A stretch of 64,000 bases of DNA from Phoronis australis. Lineage: Eukaryota; Animalia; Phoronida. The stretch covers positions 975,355 to 1,039,354 of the forward strand of contig NMRA01000060.1 of the NCBI GenBank assembly GCA_002633005.1. Reading direction: 5' to 3'. Numbering within the stretch: the first letter of the stretch is position 1; each line of letters starts with the position of its first letter. Position numbers and translations under genes: made by a program. A model generated the notes under the pieces. It was not told the origin of the DNA, ran no database searches, and worked only from the letters and a program-made list of their open reading frames with translations. This document shows positions 11,301 through 24,024 of the stretch, in pieces.

Positions 11301-14300
11301 AAGTTACTATAAACACATAACAATTTGCTAGCAAAGAAATAATATCAATAATACTATCAAACTAACGTACTAAATAATATATATCATGAATTTCACGGAT
11401 TTCATGAACATACAAGGCTTGCATCTTGGTAATGGTCGGATATAGTATGCCCGTATTTTGAGAACCAATTTTCTCCATTCAACAAATGGACATCAAAGTG
11501 ATTCTCAAAATGTGGGCACGTTATATCCGACTATTGCGTGCCTCTACAGAACTGGTGCTTCCATTCCTGGTCCAGAGTTACGTTTCATTAAAAGGGACTA
11601 AAGACTCAAAGTGGGAAATATGTCACTCGCTCCCACTGAATAAAGGTTCAGTACATGGTTATTAGCACATCACAGACTAGAAATAATTTATACAAATTAT
11701 CTCAATAACTAGCATTTATGATTGTATTCTCAGAGGTTTTGCACTTTTTCCGAATGTTGAGCATAAGATCAAATTTCTGACTTATGTCTTCAATAACTTT
11801 TTATGAATCAGACTTCATTTAATGGATTTTTTTCAGGTTCTGGCGAATCCCTTTGACGACATTGAACCACGCTCCCTGCCAAAGCGATCCGCTGCTGACA
11901 AAGAGAGTAAAAAGAAGAAAAGCCAGTCTAAGGCCACAAAGTAATGCACTGTAACATAGGGTAGCTATGAACTTGTCTTCTGGTAAAAGAAATAACTTTT
12001 GATGTAGACCACTAGCAGTAATGACGTTGGTCTCAACATGTTCTGCACTCAAGTTAGAGGCGTTCTCTGGGCTTGCAAATAACTGACAGTTTCTTATTGG
12101 TTGAAATGAGGCTCAACAAGTTGGGTTGTCTTTATACAATAATCATGGTTATCCAGCAATAACAAATGGTCAGTTGAGCGGTAATGAGAGTCTAACTTAC
12201 GAGCCCATTGAGCTGCTCGTCGGGTCACGTGGGCTCGAAAGTTAGGCTTTCTAGTAAAACTAGGCCGCCGATAGGCAGTAATCATTATTTCAATACAATG
12301 TAATGTGCCAGATTTGAACATGCATTTGGGACTACTAAGTTGCCAGTTCTTTGTAATCCCAAAAATAGCTTCTCATCTGAGTTATGGATAAGTTGAGGCC
12401 AAGGCATGCTGTTTAGTTTCCGAGGTCAACTTGAACTCCACAAGGCTTTTCTTGACATTTTTTGTTCTACCATAGTACAAGCTCATGATTTGTGTGTATG
12501 ATTGTAAACTTGAGTACGTAATGGTTTACACAGTGAGTTTTTCATTCTAACCTTGCACCTCATCGCACGTGAAGTCTGATGACAGTGTAATTCCCAGAGC
12601 ATTAAACTTTTTGTCGGATTGGGTATGCACCCACAGCTCCCAACTTCTCACCAATTTCGTTTAATGTATCTGTGCTCGCGTCAATGCCTATCCCTGATTT
12701 TTGAGTTCCCCAATTTGACTGGCCTGGATGAGTACGGTTTAAGAGTTACATCATTATACACTCTTTGAGTTTTAATATTCCAGTTGTAGTAACACTCAAC
12801 ATGACATAGCTTGTTACAAATTGTGAACGGTAAGAATTGGTCACAGTCTGTAGCAGTCGTATCCATTTCAATGAGGCTTTCTAAACGACGTCTGTGCCGT
12901 TTCCCACATCTCGCCCATGCCCAATCGTCTTGATGCAGATACACGTCTTTTTATTTCAGAAATTTTAATCTTTTATCGTTCGGTGAAGAGGCCGAGGAGG
13001 ATGAGGTGGAGACGGACATCGTAACCAATGAAATGAAAGGCAAGAGCAAGAGTAGTCACGATCTGACAAATGACCCACGACTCAGCTCTGTACCCGCTGT
13101 TGATGTCGTGGAGACTGGTCAGAAGAGGCCATTGTCAGGAGAGGAGGTGAGTTTTGGAGGCTTCTATAAACATTTTTTCAGTTTTGGACTCAGTATGGTG
13201 GAGAAATGTCGAATTATTGAAAGAATACTTTTAAGAAAATTTTTGTTTCTTTTTATCATTGTTTGTATGTTATGGCTGTCACCGAGGAACATTTGGTAAT
13301 TTTTTTAGCATCTGTAGCAATGTTACAAGCTTTTGAACTTTGACAAATAACTATTTTTTAAATTGTTTTGTGTCCCAAAATGAGGAATTTTTATTGTATT
13401 TGGCATTAGTGATGTACTTTATACCATGAATTTCTGTAACTGTGAATGGGACCATTTTTCGAAAATCTGGAAAAAAGACAGATACAAGCTGGGTGCTTTT
13501 TCAGACTCATGAAACTTAATGGGCAACTGCTTGTATTAGTCTAAAAGAGCGTATGAACAAAACTAATGAATACTGCAAAACTTTTACCCAAAAAAAGTAC
13601 TCCATTTGCGGTGCAGTCGGCACATTTCAGACCTTTTGGTTGCTCTTGTTATAGCAAACCAGTGAAATTGTATTAGGTTGTAAATCTTTCAATTGGTTTA
13701 GAGTGAGGACTCCGACACAGAGATGAAGGAGAAAATAAGAAAAAAGTTAAAGAAAAATGAAGCGGATGAACCTGTGGAGCAGAAAGACAAACCTGCAAAG
13801 TTATCAAAAAAGTAAGAACACGTATTATTGAAATTGTTTGTAAACATCGATAGTTTTACGTTTTGAATGATGCTTCCATCGTGATGTGCCATCTCCTATT
13901 AATATCGCAAACATTTTTAAGATTCACTTAATATATCTTCTATTTAGCTCATAAAATGTTACGAAGGAGTGAAATTTTAGTTAGTCATTAATTCTGTGAC
14001 AAAAATGATTGTTGAGAAAATTCTGTTTGATCACATGGTTGAATAGTTCGGGGTGTGCAGTAGTCGTGAAGTGCAATCTTTGGTAAACTTTTGATTATCT
14101 GACTGTGCTAACATGATGAACTGTTGAAAAATAAAAAAGTCCACAATTTTGACCATTTGTGAAGAGTTGCTGCTACGCATAGCTTATTGATTTGAAGCAA
14201 TGTTTCTGATGTGCTCTGTTTTTGAGCAGGCAAACGTCTTTTGTATGTGATAAATTACATTGATTTAGATCTCCAAATTATCTCATGTTTAATGAACAGT

Positions 14301-17300
14301 TTGTAGAGCAGCCTCACGTTGATACAGCACACATCACGAATTTTTGGCCGACCGGTCGGAAATTGGTCGACGACCGGCCGTCGACCGGTCGTCTAGCCGA
14401 CCAGCAGCCAACCAACAACGGTCGGCTAGAAGCCGTCTGCTTAGTCGCCTCTGTGGTCGGCACTTGGGTCGGCTAATTGGTCGCCTAGCGTAGACGACCN
14501 TAGTTAGTCATTAATTCTGTGACAAAAATGATTGTTGAGAAAATTCTGTTTGATCACATGGTTGAATAGTTCGGGGTGTGCAGTAGTCGTGAAGTGCAAT
14601 CTTTGGTAAACTTTTGATTATCTGACTGTGCTAACATGATGAACTGTTGAAAAATAAAAAAGTCCACAATTTTGACCATTTGTGAAGAGTTGCTGCTACG
14701 CATAGCTTATTGATTTGAAGCAATGTTTCTGACGTGCTCTGTTTTTGAGCAGGCAAACGTCTTTTGTATGTGATAAATTACATTGATTTAGATCTCCAAA
14801 TTATCTGATGTTTAATGAACAGTTTGTAGAGCAGCCTCACATTGATAGCTCAACTCTGTCTGTGATACATAAGCTGTTTAAAAGTTATAGCTGCGATATG
14901 CTGGTCAGTTGTTCAAAACAATTTGTCTGCAATTCTGACAGAACAGAGCTTACTACAGTTACAGGGAATGAGTCTGGATTCTCAGTAAATCCCAAATGAG
15001 TTGGTTTACTAGGTTTTTTTTTAGCGCAAAACAATTGAATGGTCGAGAGATGTTTTTTGCTAAATCCCGTAACTTCTCTTCCTCTATATCAATGCAAAAT
15101 ATATCGTGAAGTGTCTCAGTAAAGTTGTCATTGACCTCATTGTCAGCCAAATCAGCTATTTTGTAGATGCAGTATGCTGGCTCAACCATATTATCCTGAA
15201 ACTCGCCCTACTGTTAAATTACTGAATGATTTAGCCTCCTTTTCTAACTTTGCTGTTCTCGTTCATGAGAGGAGGCTACCTGGATGATGAACTCAGCTTC
15301 TGCCCAACTGTCATGACAAGGAATTCCAACTGTTTTTGTTGTGTGCTCTCTCCACTAAATATGTACCATGACCAACAAAGTACTACTTTTTATGTGCCCA
15401 CATCTTTATATTTGGACGCATTATGCTTTCATTTTCGTCTGTCCGTCCATCCGGCGTCCGTCAGTCTGGCGACCGCTGCTCTATCTCCAAAACCCTTTGA
15501 CGTACGTTCATGAAATTTTGCACATATGTTGTTTTCATGGATGGGACGGCATGAGCGAACTTTTGGTTGGATCCGACTACCGGTGTGCTCCCTAGTGGCA
15601 ATATTTGATTTTTACGCTTACCTTTATATGTTCTAAGGTCCTCAATGTATTTTCATAAAATTTGGGATATAAGCATCTATTAGTGAGGTGATGCTAACCT
15701 CCCATTTTCGGATGGATTCGACATAATTTGCGCCACCTAGTGGCTATTTTTTTAGTCTGTTTGTTGGTGTCCACCCCTCTATCAACCAAACCGCTCTAAG
15801 GATGGTTGTGAAAATTGGCATGTATGTTTTTAGTATAAAGAGGACTGCTGACGACGATTTCGACTACTGCGATGCTTCCTAGTGGCAGTTTTTTTGGGCT
15901 GATGGCTGTATCTCCAAAACTGTGGCAGAATCTTTACTAAATTTAGCAATGACTTTCTAAAATGGCTCTGATGTGGTGGCGTGTTACAACTATTCTTAAA
16001 ATCTCTTGGTCTATTTACACCGAACTCTTGTCTATTTACACTGTCATGACTTTTTGGTCGGTCTGTTCTCCGGCCATCGTCAGATGTTCCTGTGGTCTTA
16101 GAAGAACGAGCACGGATATGTGGTACACTCATCATGGTGTGATTTTTTTATTTTTTGATATTTTTATTTTTTTATTATATTTTTAATTTTTTTCTTTTTA
16201 TTTTTTTATTTATTTATTATTTTTGATATTTTATTTTATTGATTTATTTATTTTATTTTTACTTATTTATTCATTTTTATTCATTTTTTATTTATATTTT
16301 TATTGTTTATTTTCATTTTTTTATTTAGTTTTCATTTTTCATTTATTTTTTGCTTTGTCTTTTTTATTTTTTCTTAATTTTTGTTTTATTTATTTTTCAT
16401 TTATTTATCATTTTCACTTTTTATTGTTATATTTTTTTATTTTATTTTTTTTATTAATTTAATTTATTTTTTACTTATTTATCAATTTCATTTTTGTTAT
16501 TTTTTATTTATATTGTTTATTTTTATTGCATATTGTTATTTTTTATTTATTTACTTTTTTGTTTATTTTATTTTTTGTTTTTATTTATTTATTATTTTTA
16601 TTTTTCATTTATTTATTTTTTATTTATTTATTTTACTTTTTATATTTTATTTATTTTTATTCATTTATTTCTTATATTTTTTAATTTTTACTTTTTATTT
16701 TTTCATTTTTCATTTTTTTATTTATTTTTATTACATTTTTAATTTTTTTTATTTTTATTTGTTTATTTATTTTATGTTTTATATTTTTATTTATTTATTT
16801 TTATTTTTTATTTTTATTTTTCTTATTTTCCTTTCTTATTTTTATTTTTATTTTCTATTTTATTCATTTAGTTTGTTAGTTTCCTTTTTGTTGTTTTATT
16901 TTCATTTTTAATTTGTTTTTCTTTTTTTATTTTTTATTCTTTATCTTTATTTTTCATTTATTTTTGTAATTTTTGATATTTTTTCATTTTTATTTTTTTT
17001 CGGTCGACGACAACAAATTCGACTACTAGTGGTAGTTTTGTTTTGTTTTGTTTTGTGCCAATAGTTGTATCTCCTAAACACACTGCAGGATCTTTATTAA
17101 ATTTAACGCTTGTATTTATATGAAGCTAACAACAGACAACGACGTCTTTGAGGCAGATCCAAAGAACCCTGTGCCCCATAATGGCAATTTCATTTTTTCT
17201 GTTTTCTTTGACAGATTTTTATGAAATTTGGTAAATAGCTTTTTATTAAAAAGCAATGGCATGTTCCCGGTTTCACATGGATTGGATGTTTTTGCGCCAT

Positions 17301-20300
17301 TTAGTGGCTATTTTTATGAAACAAATGAACAACCCTAGAAGCACAGCGTTTGAGGTGCATTCGTGGGCGCATTTCAACACTCCGCGTTGCTCTTGTTGCA
17401 AATTAGACAATTTGACACAAAACTTTTTTCTCACTCGATTATTTTTGTCAACTTGTCTTCCAGTGAGGAGCTGAGACGTGAAGTGCAGCAACTGAAGAGG
17501 GAGCTGTTAGAAGCCAAGAAGAGGAAGGAACAGAAGGATAAGGTAGAGGTGACCGAAGAGACTCCAGGTACGTGTGTTGTTGGCATGCATCTGTTTTATC
17601 CAATTCAGTCTTGATATCTGTTTAAGTTTATCTAGGACCGTATCTACAAGCCTGTGCATTGAGCAACAAAACTAGAATTTAATTATTTGAAAGTAGAAAC
17701 CCTGTAGAATAAAATTTTTGACTCGATGCCAATTGGGCCTTTCTACCAAAATGTATTGGAAAAGAAAAGTTCATTCAATGCTTATCAATTGCATGGCCAA
17801 ATTTCATTTAAAATGCCTCTTATTTTTTATAATGTGCTCTAAACTGGGGAATTTTGGTCTTAGTAGTGAATTTATGCAAGGTAGTGAATGAGAACCCGCA
17901 TGTAACGCAAAAGCAATTTCTGAGGGTGTGCTCATATTTAAAAACTGTGGAATTTATATAGGTTTGGCGTCTATAATTTACACAGCGTCAATGAGTCCGC
18001 TTACTCCTAGCGCCACCTGTGGAACTACCTCTGAGGAACATTCAATCAAATTGAAGAACCACGACTTCTGGGTCTGCGAAGTTATGTAATCTTTGTACTC
18101 GAAATCAAACTCAAAATTGTTATTGGCATTTCCTGTTCTGTTTCAATATAAACGTATGACAAGTATCTCTAATTTTGTGCCAGAGTATCTGTTATGGTTT
18201 CTGTGGGTGACTGTCTAATCCTAGTTTGCTTGAAAAGAAAACGATTATTTAGAAGACTGACAGTGTTTATGAGATTTTATCCGAAGACATCTATATCATG
18301 TTATTGATATTGTCGTTTTGCTGAGATTGTACCATTTTTTTGCAAAATGTTAGTAAAAAGACATGGTTGTAAGGTGGCGTTAAGTCAAAAATTCCGGTTT
18401 TTTTACTTTAAGAAAATATGTAATTTTACTGAGCTTAAAGGTAGATATTTGACTTAATACAGACTTGTGGGTGGTGTCCTACATGTTAACCTCAATACAT
18501 CATGTAGATTGAAAGTCGCATTATGTCATCGAAGATGAAAACACAAAATTGTGAGCACCTTGCAAACAACATTGTGTCGTTGTACGGTCTGGGAATCGTG
18601 CTTCTAACAACAGCCAATGACGTCACAGAGTCAGTGTCCCAACTGACATATGTTCCAAAAAATCTAGCTACAATCATGTGTTCTCACTTAAAACACATGA
18701 AAATATCTCATGTAATCTCCCGAAGTCTCGTTTTCGTACGAGATCCTAGTGTTACTAAACTTTACCCAGGCTGCCTCTTTCACCTTGCTCAAATGAGGCC
18801 AAACAATGGGATATTTGGTTCTGGACTGCATCCAACTCATTTTGAAAACTGCGCCTGATACATTTCATGAAGGGAAGGCGTACTGGCATCCAACTGAAGG
18901 TGCAAACTTTGTTTAACTCCTCAAAAACAAGCTGTTTACAATCTTGATGCTGACTGTCATAGGCCCTTGAATTTATCCATTCCTCGTATCTACCACTGGC
19001 ACCACCACTCACTGTGATATGTTTCTTGTATGGTTGTGAGTCATTGAGAGTGCTTGTGCTGAGTGTAGTGTTGTTATTTGTCAGAGAAACAACCTGTAAA
19101 CGAAGCGGTTGTAGAGTTCAAGAAGGAGCAGAAAAAGTATAGGGAGATGAAGAAGAAGCAGCCAAAGAAGGGCTCTGCCCGAGAAGAGCAGACGTTAGCC
19201 ATGTTGGCGAAGTTCAAGACCAAGTTGGAGGCAGCGCGAGAAAAGGTGGAGAGTAAAGGGGAGGATGAAAATGAGGCAACAGACGACTGGTAAGGCCAAG
19301 CAGCAAATGGTTTATTTGGTACTCTAGCAAGCCCCAGACGGATAACTGGTGAAGCCAAATAAAAAGATGGTTCATTTTGATGTTTAGAAAACACGCTAGA
19401 GTTCATTAGCTGTCTTGCGACTAGAAAAAATCTACCCAAAACTGTGTGTTCTCATTTAAAATACGCGACAATATCTCGCGAAGTCTTACTATTTAGTGAG
19501 GTTCTAGCATTTCCAAACTCTACCCAGGTGACTGGTAAGGCCCAACAAAAGAGATAGTTCCTCACAATACTCTTGCAAATCATAGAACTCTAGCCCTGGA
19601 ATGCCAACATTGATCTCACGCTGCTGAGGCTGCGCCACGCATGCGTGGCATTTGTTTGCATTGGTTTGTTCTGGTGTTGGGTATTCCTATGTAGTTTACC
19701 TTCACTTAAACTTTTCGCAACTCGGGAAATCACTGGGTGTGTAGAACCATAACTCAAGTCTTGCTTGATGAACAAAAATGTCAAAATGGAAATAAAGCAA
19801 TGAAATTAGACTTGATTTGATAACTCCAACTCTCCATCAAAACTGAGTCTAGAAGAAAGCCGGAAATTCTCAGTGCAAACTCTCGCGGCTAGTCTCAGGG
19901 TCACAAGCTTTAATAATAGAATACATGTACACTGGTCATTTGTGGGAGTTGACATTCCTGGGCTAGAGTTTCATTAGCAAACCCAAGTCAGACAACTAAT
20001 AAGGCCAAGTGGTAGTCTTTCCTCACAGCCGTCTTTTTATTCTCCCGAAGCATTAGTGATCCTTGTAGAATTTTTAGATTATTTCCCGGTTTTTGCGCAC
20101 TGACATGACATTATATTTCAGAGATTCAAGGACTTGTTATTTGTTAAAGGGCTATTGCTAGGTTCAGTTTACCTTTAAAAATTCAAAAATATATTTTTCC
20201 TTTGTCCTCATACTCTGGTAACCACTGTGATTCAACAAACTGATGCATTTTTTCAGGCTGGGTCATAAACTGGAATTTGAGACATCTCAGAAGAAAGTGC

Positions 20301-20419
20301 TGGATGCAAATGTTCACGATGAAGAACGATACGAGATCTATGATCCACGGAACCCAATGAACAAACGAAGGAGAGAAAACAGCAAACAGATGAGCAAAGA
20401 CAAGAAAACACGAGATTAA
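5330..20419 (+). CDS. CWC27: Spliceosome-associated protein CWC27 homolog (cyclophilin-type PPIase domain), 10 exons, 454 aa
   Basis: join(5330-5371,8468-8677,9206-9349,10649-10744,11837-11940,12960-13146,13702-13811,17464-17567,19085-19289,20257-20419) = 1365 nt, all GT-AG, phases consistent. Motifs: [100 protein letters not shown]. Confidence 0.97.
5640..7412. mobile_element. Non-autonomous TIR DNA transposon (hAT-like) in CWC27 intron 1
   Basis: AGGGATATAC at 5641 and GTATATCCCTG ending at 7412; related subterminal GGCGAG repeats at both ends; flanks ATTAG/ATAAG form a near 5-bp TSD. Confidence 0.7.
6330..6516 (+). mobile_element. L1/Tx1-type LINE ORF2 3' remnant
   Basis: Translation VFFGFLG...[14 protein letters not shown] resembles the C-terminal tail of L1/Tx1 ORF2 and the remnant at 38361-38954. 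Confidence 0.5.
8468..8677 (+). CDS. CWC27: CWC27 exon 2
   Basis: [18 protein letters not shown]...[10 protein letters not shown]; CAG acceptor, GT donor. Confidence 0.97.
9206..9349 (+). CDS. CWC27: CWC27 exon 3
   Basis: [21 protein letters not shown]...HTIFGK; donor GTAAGT. Confidence 0.97.
10337..10610 (+). mobile_element. Degenerate tRNA-derived SINE (CWC27 intron 3)
   Basis: A-box-like TGGTCTAGTAGT then decayed B-box GGGTTTCTGTTCC at tRNA-like spacing; 3' boundary approximate. Confidence 0.45.
10649..10744 (+). CDS. CWC27: CWC27 exon 4
   Basis: [32 protein letters not shown]. Confidence 0.95.
11429..11537. mobile_element. Fold-back MITE-like element, about 110 bp
   Basis: About 36-bp imperfect inverted repeats: GTAATGGTCGGATATAGTATGCCCGTATTTTGAGAA ... 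TTCTCAAAATGTGGGCACGTTATATCCGACTATTGC. Confidence 0.65.
11837..11940 (+). CDS. CWC27: CWC27 exon 5
   Basis: [12 protein letters not shown]...KATK, ends in phase 2. Confidence 0.95.
12960..13146 (+). CDS. CWC27: CWC27 exon 6
   Basis: [15 protein letters not shown]...[20 protein letters not shown]. Confidence 0.95.
13702..13811 (+). CDS. CWC27: CWC27 exon 7
   Basis: [18 protein letters not shown]...; phases 0/2 fit the neighbouring exons. Confidence 0.88.
13978..14847. repeat. 347-bp direct duplication (13978-14324 and 14501-14847) around a single N; probable uncollapsed haplotypes
   Basis: Copies differ at 3 visible positions; the first runs into a GC-rich palindromic element (14325-14499) that stops at N14500. 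Confidence 0.85.
14959..15189 (-). mobile_element. Possible DIRS-type retrotransposon ORF1 remnant
   Basis: [33 protein letters not shown] resembles the RPxNCxxL..VNxxIW motif of DIRS ORF1 (from memory); followed by stops. Confidence 0.4.
15387..17397 (+). mobile_element. Helentron-associated non-autonomous element (HINE family 2), copy 1, with internal T-rich tract
   Basis: 5' subTIR TGTGCCCAC with partner TGGACGCA, GTCC/GTCT microsatellite, about 150-bp core repeats, 3' subTIR GTGGGCGCA, short hairpin and TCTTGTT end; homologous to 30236-31970. Confidence 0.8.
16141..17000. repeat. T-rich low-complexity tract (TTTA/TTTTA-like), about 860 bp
   Basis: Directly visible; source of the F/I/L/Y-only ORFs. 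Confidence 0.95.
17464..17567 (+). CDS. CWC27: CWC27 exon 8
   Basis: [22 protein letters not shown]; phases 2/1. Confidence 0.92.
19085..19289 (+). CDS. CWC27: CWC27 exon 9
   Basis: [21 protein letters not shown]...DDW; phases 1/2. Confidence 0.93.
20257..20419 (+). CDS. CWC27: CWC27 exon 10 (terminal)
   Basis: LGHKLEFE...[16 protein letters not shown]...D-TAA; candidate AATAAA at 20701 and 22021. Confidence 0.95.
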
Positions 20420-22926
20420 ACGTGGCTTTGGCAGAACATTTGAATGAGACAGGTGAAAGAGTTCAAATTAGGTTGGGAAGATCATGTGTCTAATGTCCCC
20501 CACAGAACTAGAAAATTTTAACTTTTAAGTATAATGCAGAGTGGGCTCAAGGTATATTACCAGACACCAAAGAAATTCAGATTGGTCTATAAAAGCGTGG
20601 TTTTTTGGTTACAAGAACTGGCAAGAGTGCATCCAGAAGAGCTGCAACGGTTTTGTGCTCCTATTGGATAGGCATATACTGTGAACATGGCTCCCATCGC
20701 AATAAACTTGTATCGTTGTTGCAATTACTCATTCTAATTTGTGCTCATGTGCCATCTTTCAGTGGAGTTTTAATCCTCAGTGACTAAATGGTGCAAATGC
20801 TCAGGAATACATCAGGCTGTCTCTCTAGGTTTATATCATTTAAGGCCCAAAAAGCCTTATTGTTTTTTTGTCCGTGTACACGATTGTATCTCCTGTTCGA
20901 GTACCAACTTCTGGAAAATTTTGTTGCTGTAACTAGAATTAGCTGTGTGGCCAAGGATGTATTCTGTAGAAGCAAGAAACTGGCAGAAAGCAAGGCAATG
21001 CAAAACCATGCATGTGAAAGTCTAGTGTTTCACATGTGTGCTCAGAAGCTTATTAGCATACTATTCCAACATGGTGGCCATTGAAATGATTGGTTGTTGA
21101 GGTTGAATGTTGAATTATGGGATGGAGTTTGCTGTTTTTGTTCCATGAGGATAAATTTCTCACCATAAGTGCATCAAGTGTCTTGAGTGTATGGAACTGA
21201 GACCTGAGTAGTGTACTGTTTGATTATGATATCATGTTTGATTTGTTCAGCCATCTTAGGTTGAAGTAAAACTGTAATTATATTTATGGTTTCCCGTTGA
21301 AATCCTTTGTTTCACTTGCAAAGTTGTCAAAAGGTGCATTGATGATTTTTGTATACACATTATTTACAGGCAGGTGTATTACAAGAAATTCCAGTACCGT
21401 CTGCTTCTTCAAAAGATGTCACTCTATTTCCCTTTTGCTTGATGGAGGCCTTATCGCACCAAACTCATTTTCAAATCATGCAATCCCGTCTTAACATCGT
21501 GATGAAATAGGCTGGGGACGGACGGAAATGCGCACGTTTGGCCAAACCATGCCTCGAATGCGACAGGAGCCACGTATTTCTCACTCTCATTTGCCGATTT
21601 TAAAAAAAAATTGTACATTACATCAAATGCACGCAGGCTGTTCAGCTGGTCTGCGGCAAACAGCTAAAACCATTTTCATTTGTTAATACACACACGTAAC
21701 ACATAGACACTGAAATATCAAGGGGATCCAATGGGATTTGAAACTTCGGACCATGTTAACAGGAGGCAGAAATTCAACCCAATAGGTAGGCCTAACGCTG
21801 CCTCATCTACTCTGTTTTGCCTCATCTACTCCGTGAGTGTGTAATTGTTAGTCGGCTCTTAGTTTTTACCGGTTTTCGAAATCCTGAATGTGACAAGGTC
21901 CTTGGCTTGTGAAAAATGCTCATTGTGAATGACATGCAAGGTGTAGTTATGAAGTGCAAGTTTTAATGCTCGTCTTCGGTCGTGGTATGTAATACATCAA
22001 TGTTAGATGTTGTGATCAGCAATAAAACGTGGCAGCATGTAAACCTTGGCTTGCTTTAAGGAGACTACCGTGAATAATTTTTAGTGTAAGCACATGTATG
22101 ACAGTGAAGATGGGACACTCTACAGAGTTGTGGCTACGAGTTAAATCCGGGCTGTTGAATCAAATGTCATAAGCCATGTCAGCTAAAATAGTCGTAGGTA
22201 CATGATCGTGAACATGATACTGCGTTAAGAACAATAAAACTGCTGCTTATCTAAATCTATTTCAGGTTCAAAGCTGCATTTCGCCCTGTCCAGCTGGATT
22301 AAAAGTGAAAATCTAATTGGAACTTTCACTCTCATAAAATCTGTCTCATATTCCTCATCGTCGCAGGATTTGCCGTTATAAACAAGGACGTAGAGAATAT
22401 GTAGGTGCGCCATCTTCAAATTCGCAATTCTAGTGTTGGTCAAACCCATTCATTCTGAAGCGCTTTCTCAGTCGCTGAGGGTCTTGATGCCGGGAAATGG
22501 AAGTCTGTGACCATTGAAGGACTAATTTTAAGAGTGGAAAAGAGTTAAATTCGATTTTTGATTTTAGTCCGCTTAACGGGGCAAAAAGCAGCTTTAACAT
22601 TCATTTCATTAAACCACCTCAGTGAATTGTGCCAAAAAATCTGGTATGAAGTTTTTAGCAACAACTGGGTGAACAACTTTTGATAAAACCGGAACATTGG
22701 TTTAGAACACATCAGAACTGACAAAATGTGCAATGAATTTAATCTCATGGCATGATCACTCACTCATACCTGTTGGCTTGTGATTCTAGGTTACCTCTGG
22801 TCTCGTTCACTGAACAGTGGCAGATGTACTACTTTGGCATTTTATTTAAAATTTTAGTTCCATATTACTAAGGCTTGATTAAAACCAATCATATAGAGTC
22901 GTCGAATGGCAAAAATTGATGCACAA

Positions 22927-23842
22927 CAGTGGCGGATCTAGGATATCACAAGGGTGGGGGCAACATTTTGTCTGAAAACATTTGTGCAAAGCACGATGAG
23001 ATGCGTATTGCACCGAATGGGGGGAGGTAGGGAGGGGGGCGAAACCCCCTCCTGCCCGGGAAAATTTTTGTGTTTTCCTTTGATTCCTGAAGTATTATCC
23101 AAGAAAAACCACCACATCGAACGTGTCAAACATGAAAAACTGCGATTATTACAGACTCGAACTCACGACCTGGCGGTTAGAGCGCACGTACCACCACGAT
23201 TTCACTCCTAATTTTATAATAAGAGACCTACTTGTTTATGGTCCACAGCGTTTGCGCGCGAAACTTGCTTGTTTTTGTAATGCTTATTACACTTTTTATA
23301 TTTTGTGCAATCAATTTGTAACAAATTTGTTGTATTTTGAATAGTCTTCAATTGCCCAAAAGACCAAATCTGTTTTTTGTGTTGGCATTAATGACGCTAG
23401 GCTTGGTACAAAGCTGTATACGTAAATACGACAGTCTTCATACAGCTAGCTGGCTGGCTGTAATGACGCGAGTGCTTTGGAAATCGTCTTAAGTTAAGAT
23501 TTGACAAAGAGAGAATTCTGAGTTTCTGAGTGATTCACTAAGGCTTCGATTAAAATTTACATCTTACCAGCAGCTTCTGTTTTTTCATCGTCACTCAGAT
23601 TCCATTTTCTTTAAAAAAATGAAATAATTTTCGCCACTGCCGGTCGCCTGGGATATCGCGGGAGAGCCTATTATACTTAGCCATAGTTTCGTTACGGTTG
23701 AGCCGTGTTCCGAATTTGACACTTGAAATTGGATCTGAGCNNNNNNNNNNNNNNNNNNNNNNNNNNNNNNNNNNNNNNNNNNNNNNNNNNNNNNNNNNNN
23801 GGCCCCCCGGGGCCCCCCCCCCCCCCCATAAACCCGCCTATG
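22927..23842 (+). mobile_element. Non-autonomous DNA transposon with 5-bp TSD (hAT5-like), copy 1, contains the 60-N gap
   Basis: Starts CAGTGGCGGATCTAG, ends AACCCGCCTATG; exact TSD CACAA (22922-22926 and 23843-23847); homologous to 43290-44098 (inverted) and 52174-53031. Confidence 0.88.
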
Positions 23843-24024
23843 CACAACTTGCCGAGAAAAAAGAAGCTTGTGACCATTTAGCATTGAGGCATTAATACGC
23901 ACGTTACACGGCTTGAGTCAAATGTTCAGTTTTGTTAATGAACGCTTCCGAATGTTGACATTCTCCATTCAGAACCCTTTATTTATACTCTATGAACATC
24001 ACTCCCTTGACAAATTTGCCAATT

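Noticed and set aside
16223-16911. Hydrophobic ORFs of up to 176 aa resembling membrane proteins
   Set aside because: They are translations of the T-rich low-complexity tract.
19634-19649. Perfect 16-bp palindrome GCCACGCATGCGTGGC
   Set aside because: Isolated intronic palindrome with no supporting context; not assignable.
21722-21800. Minus-strand tRNA gene
   Set aside because: Only a decayed B-box-like segment with no convincing cloverleaf; at best an old SINE head.
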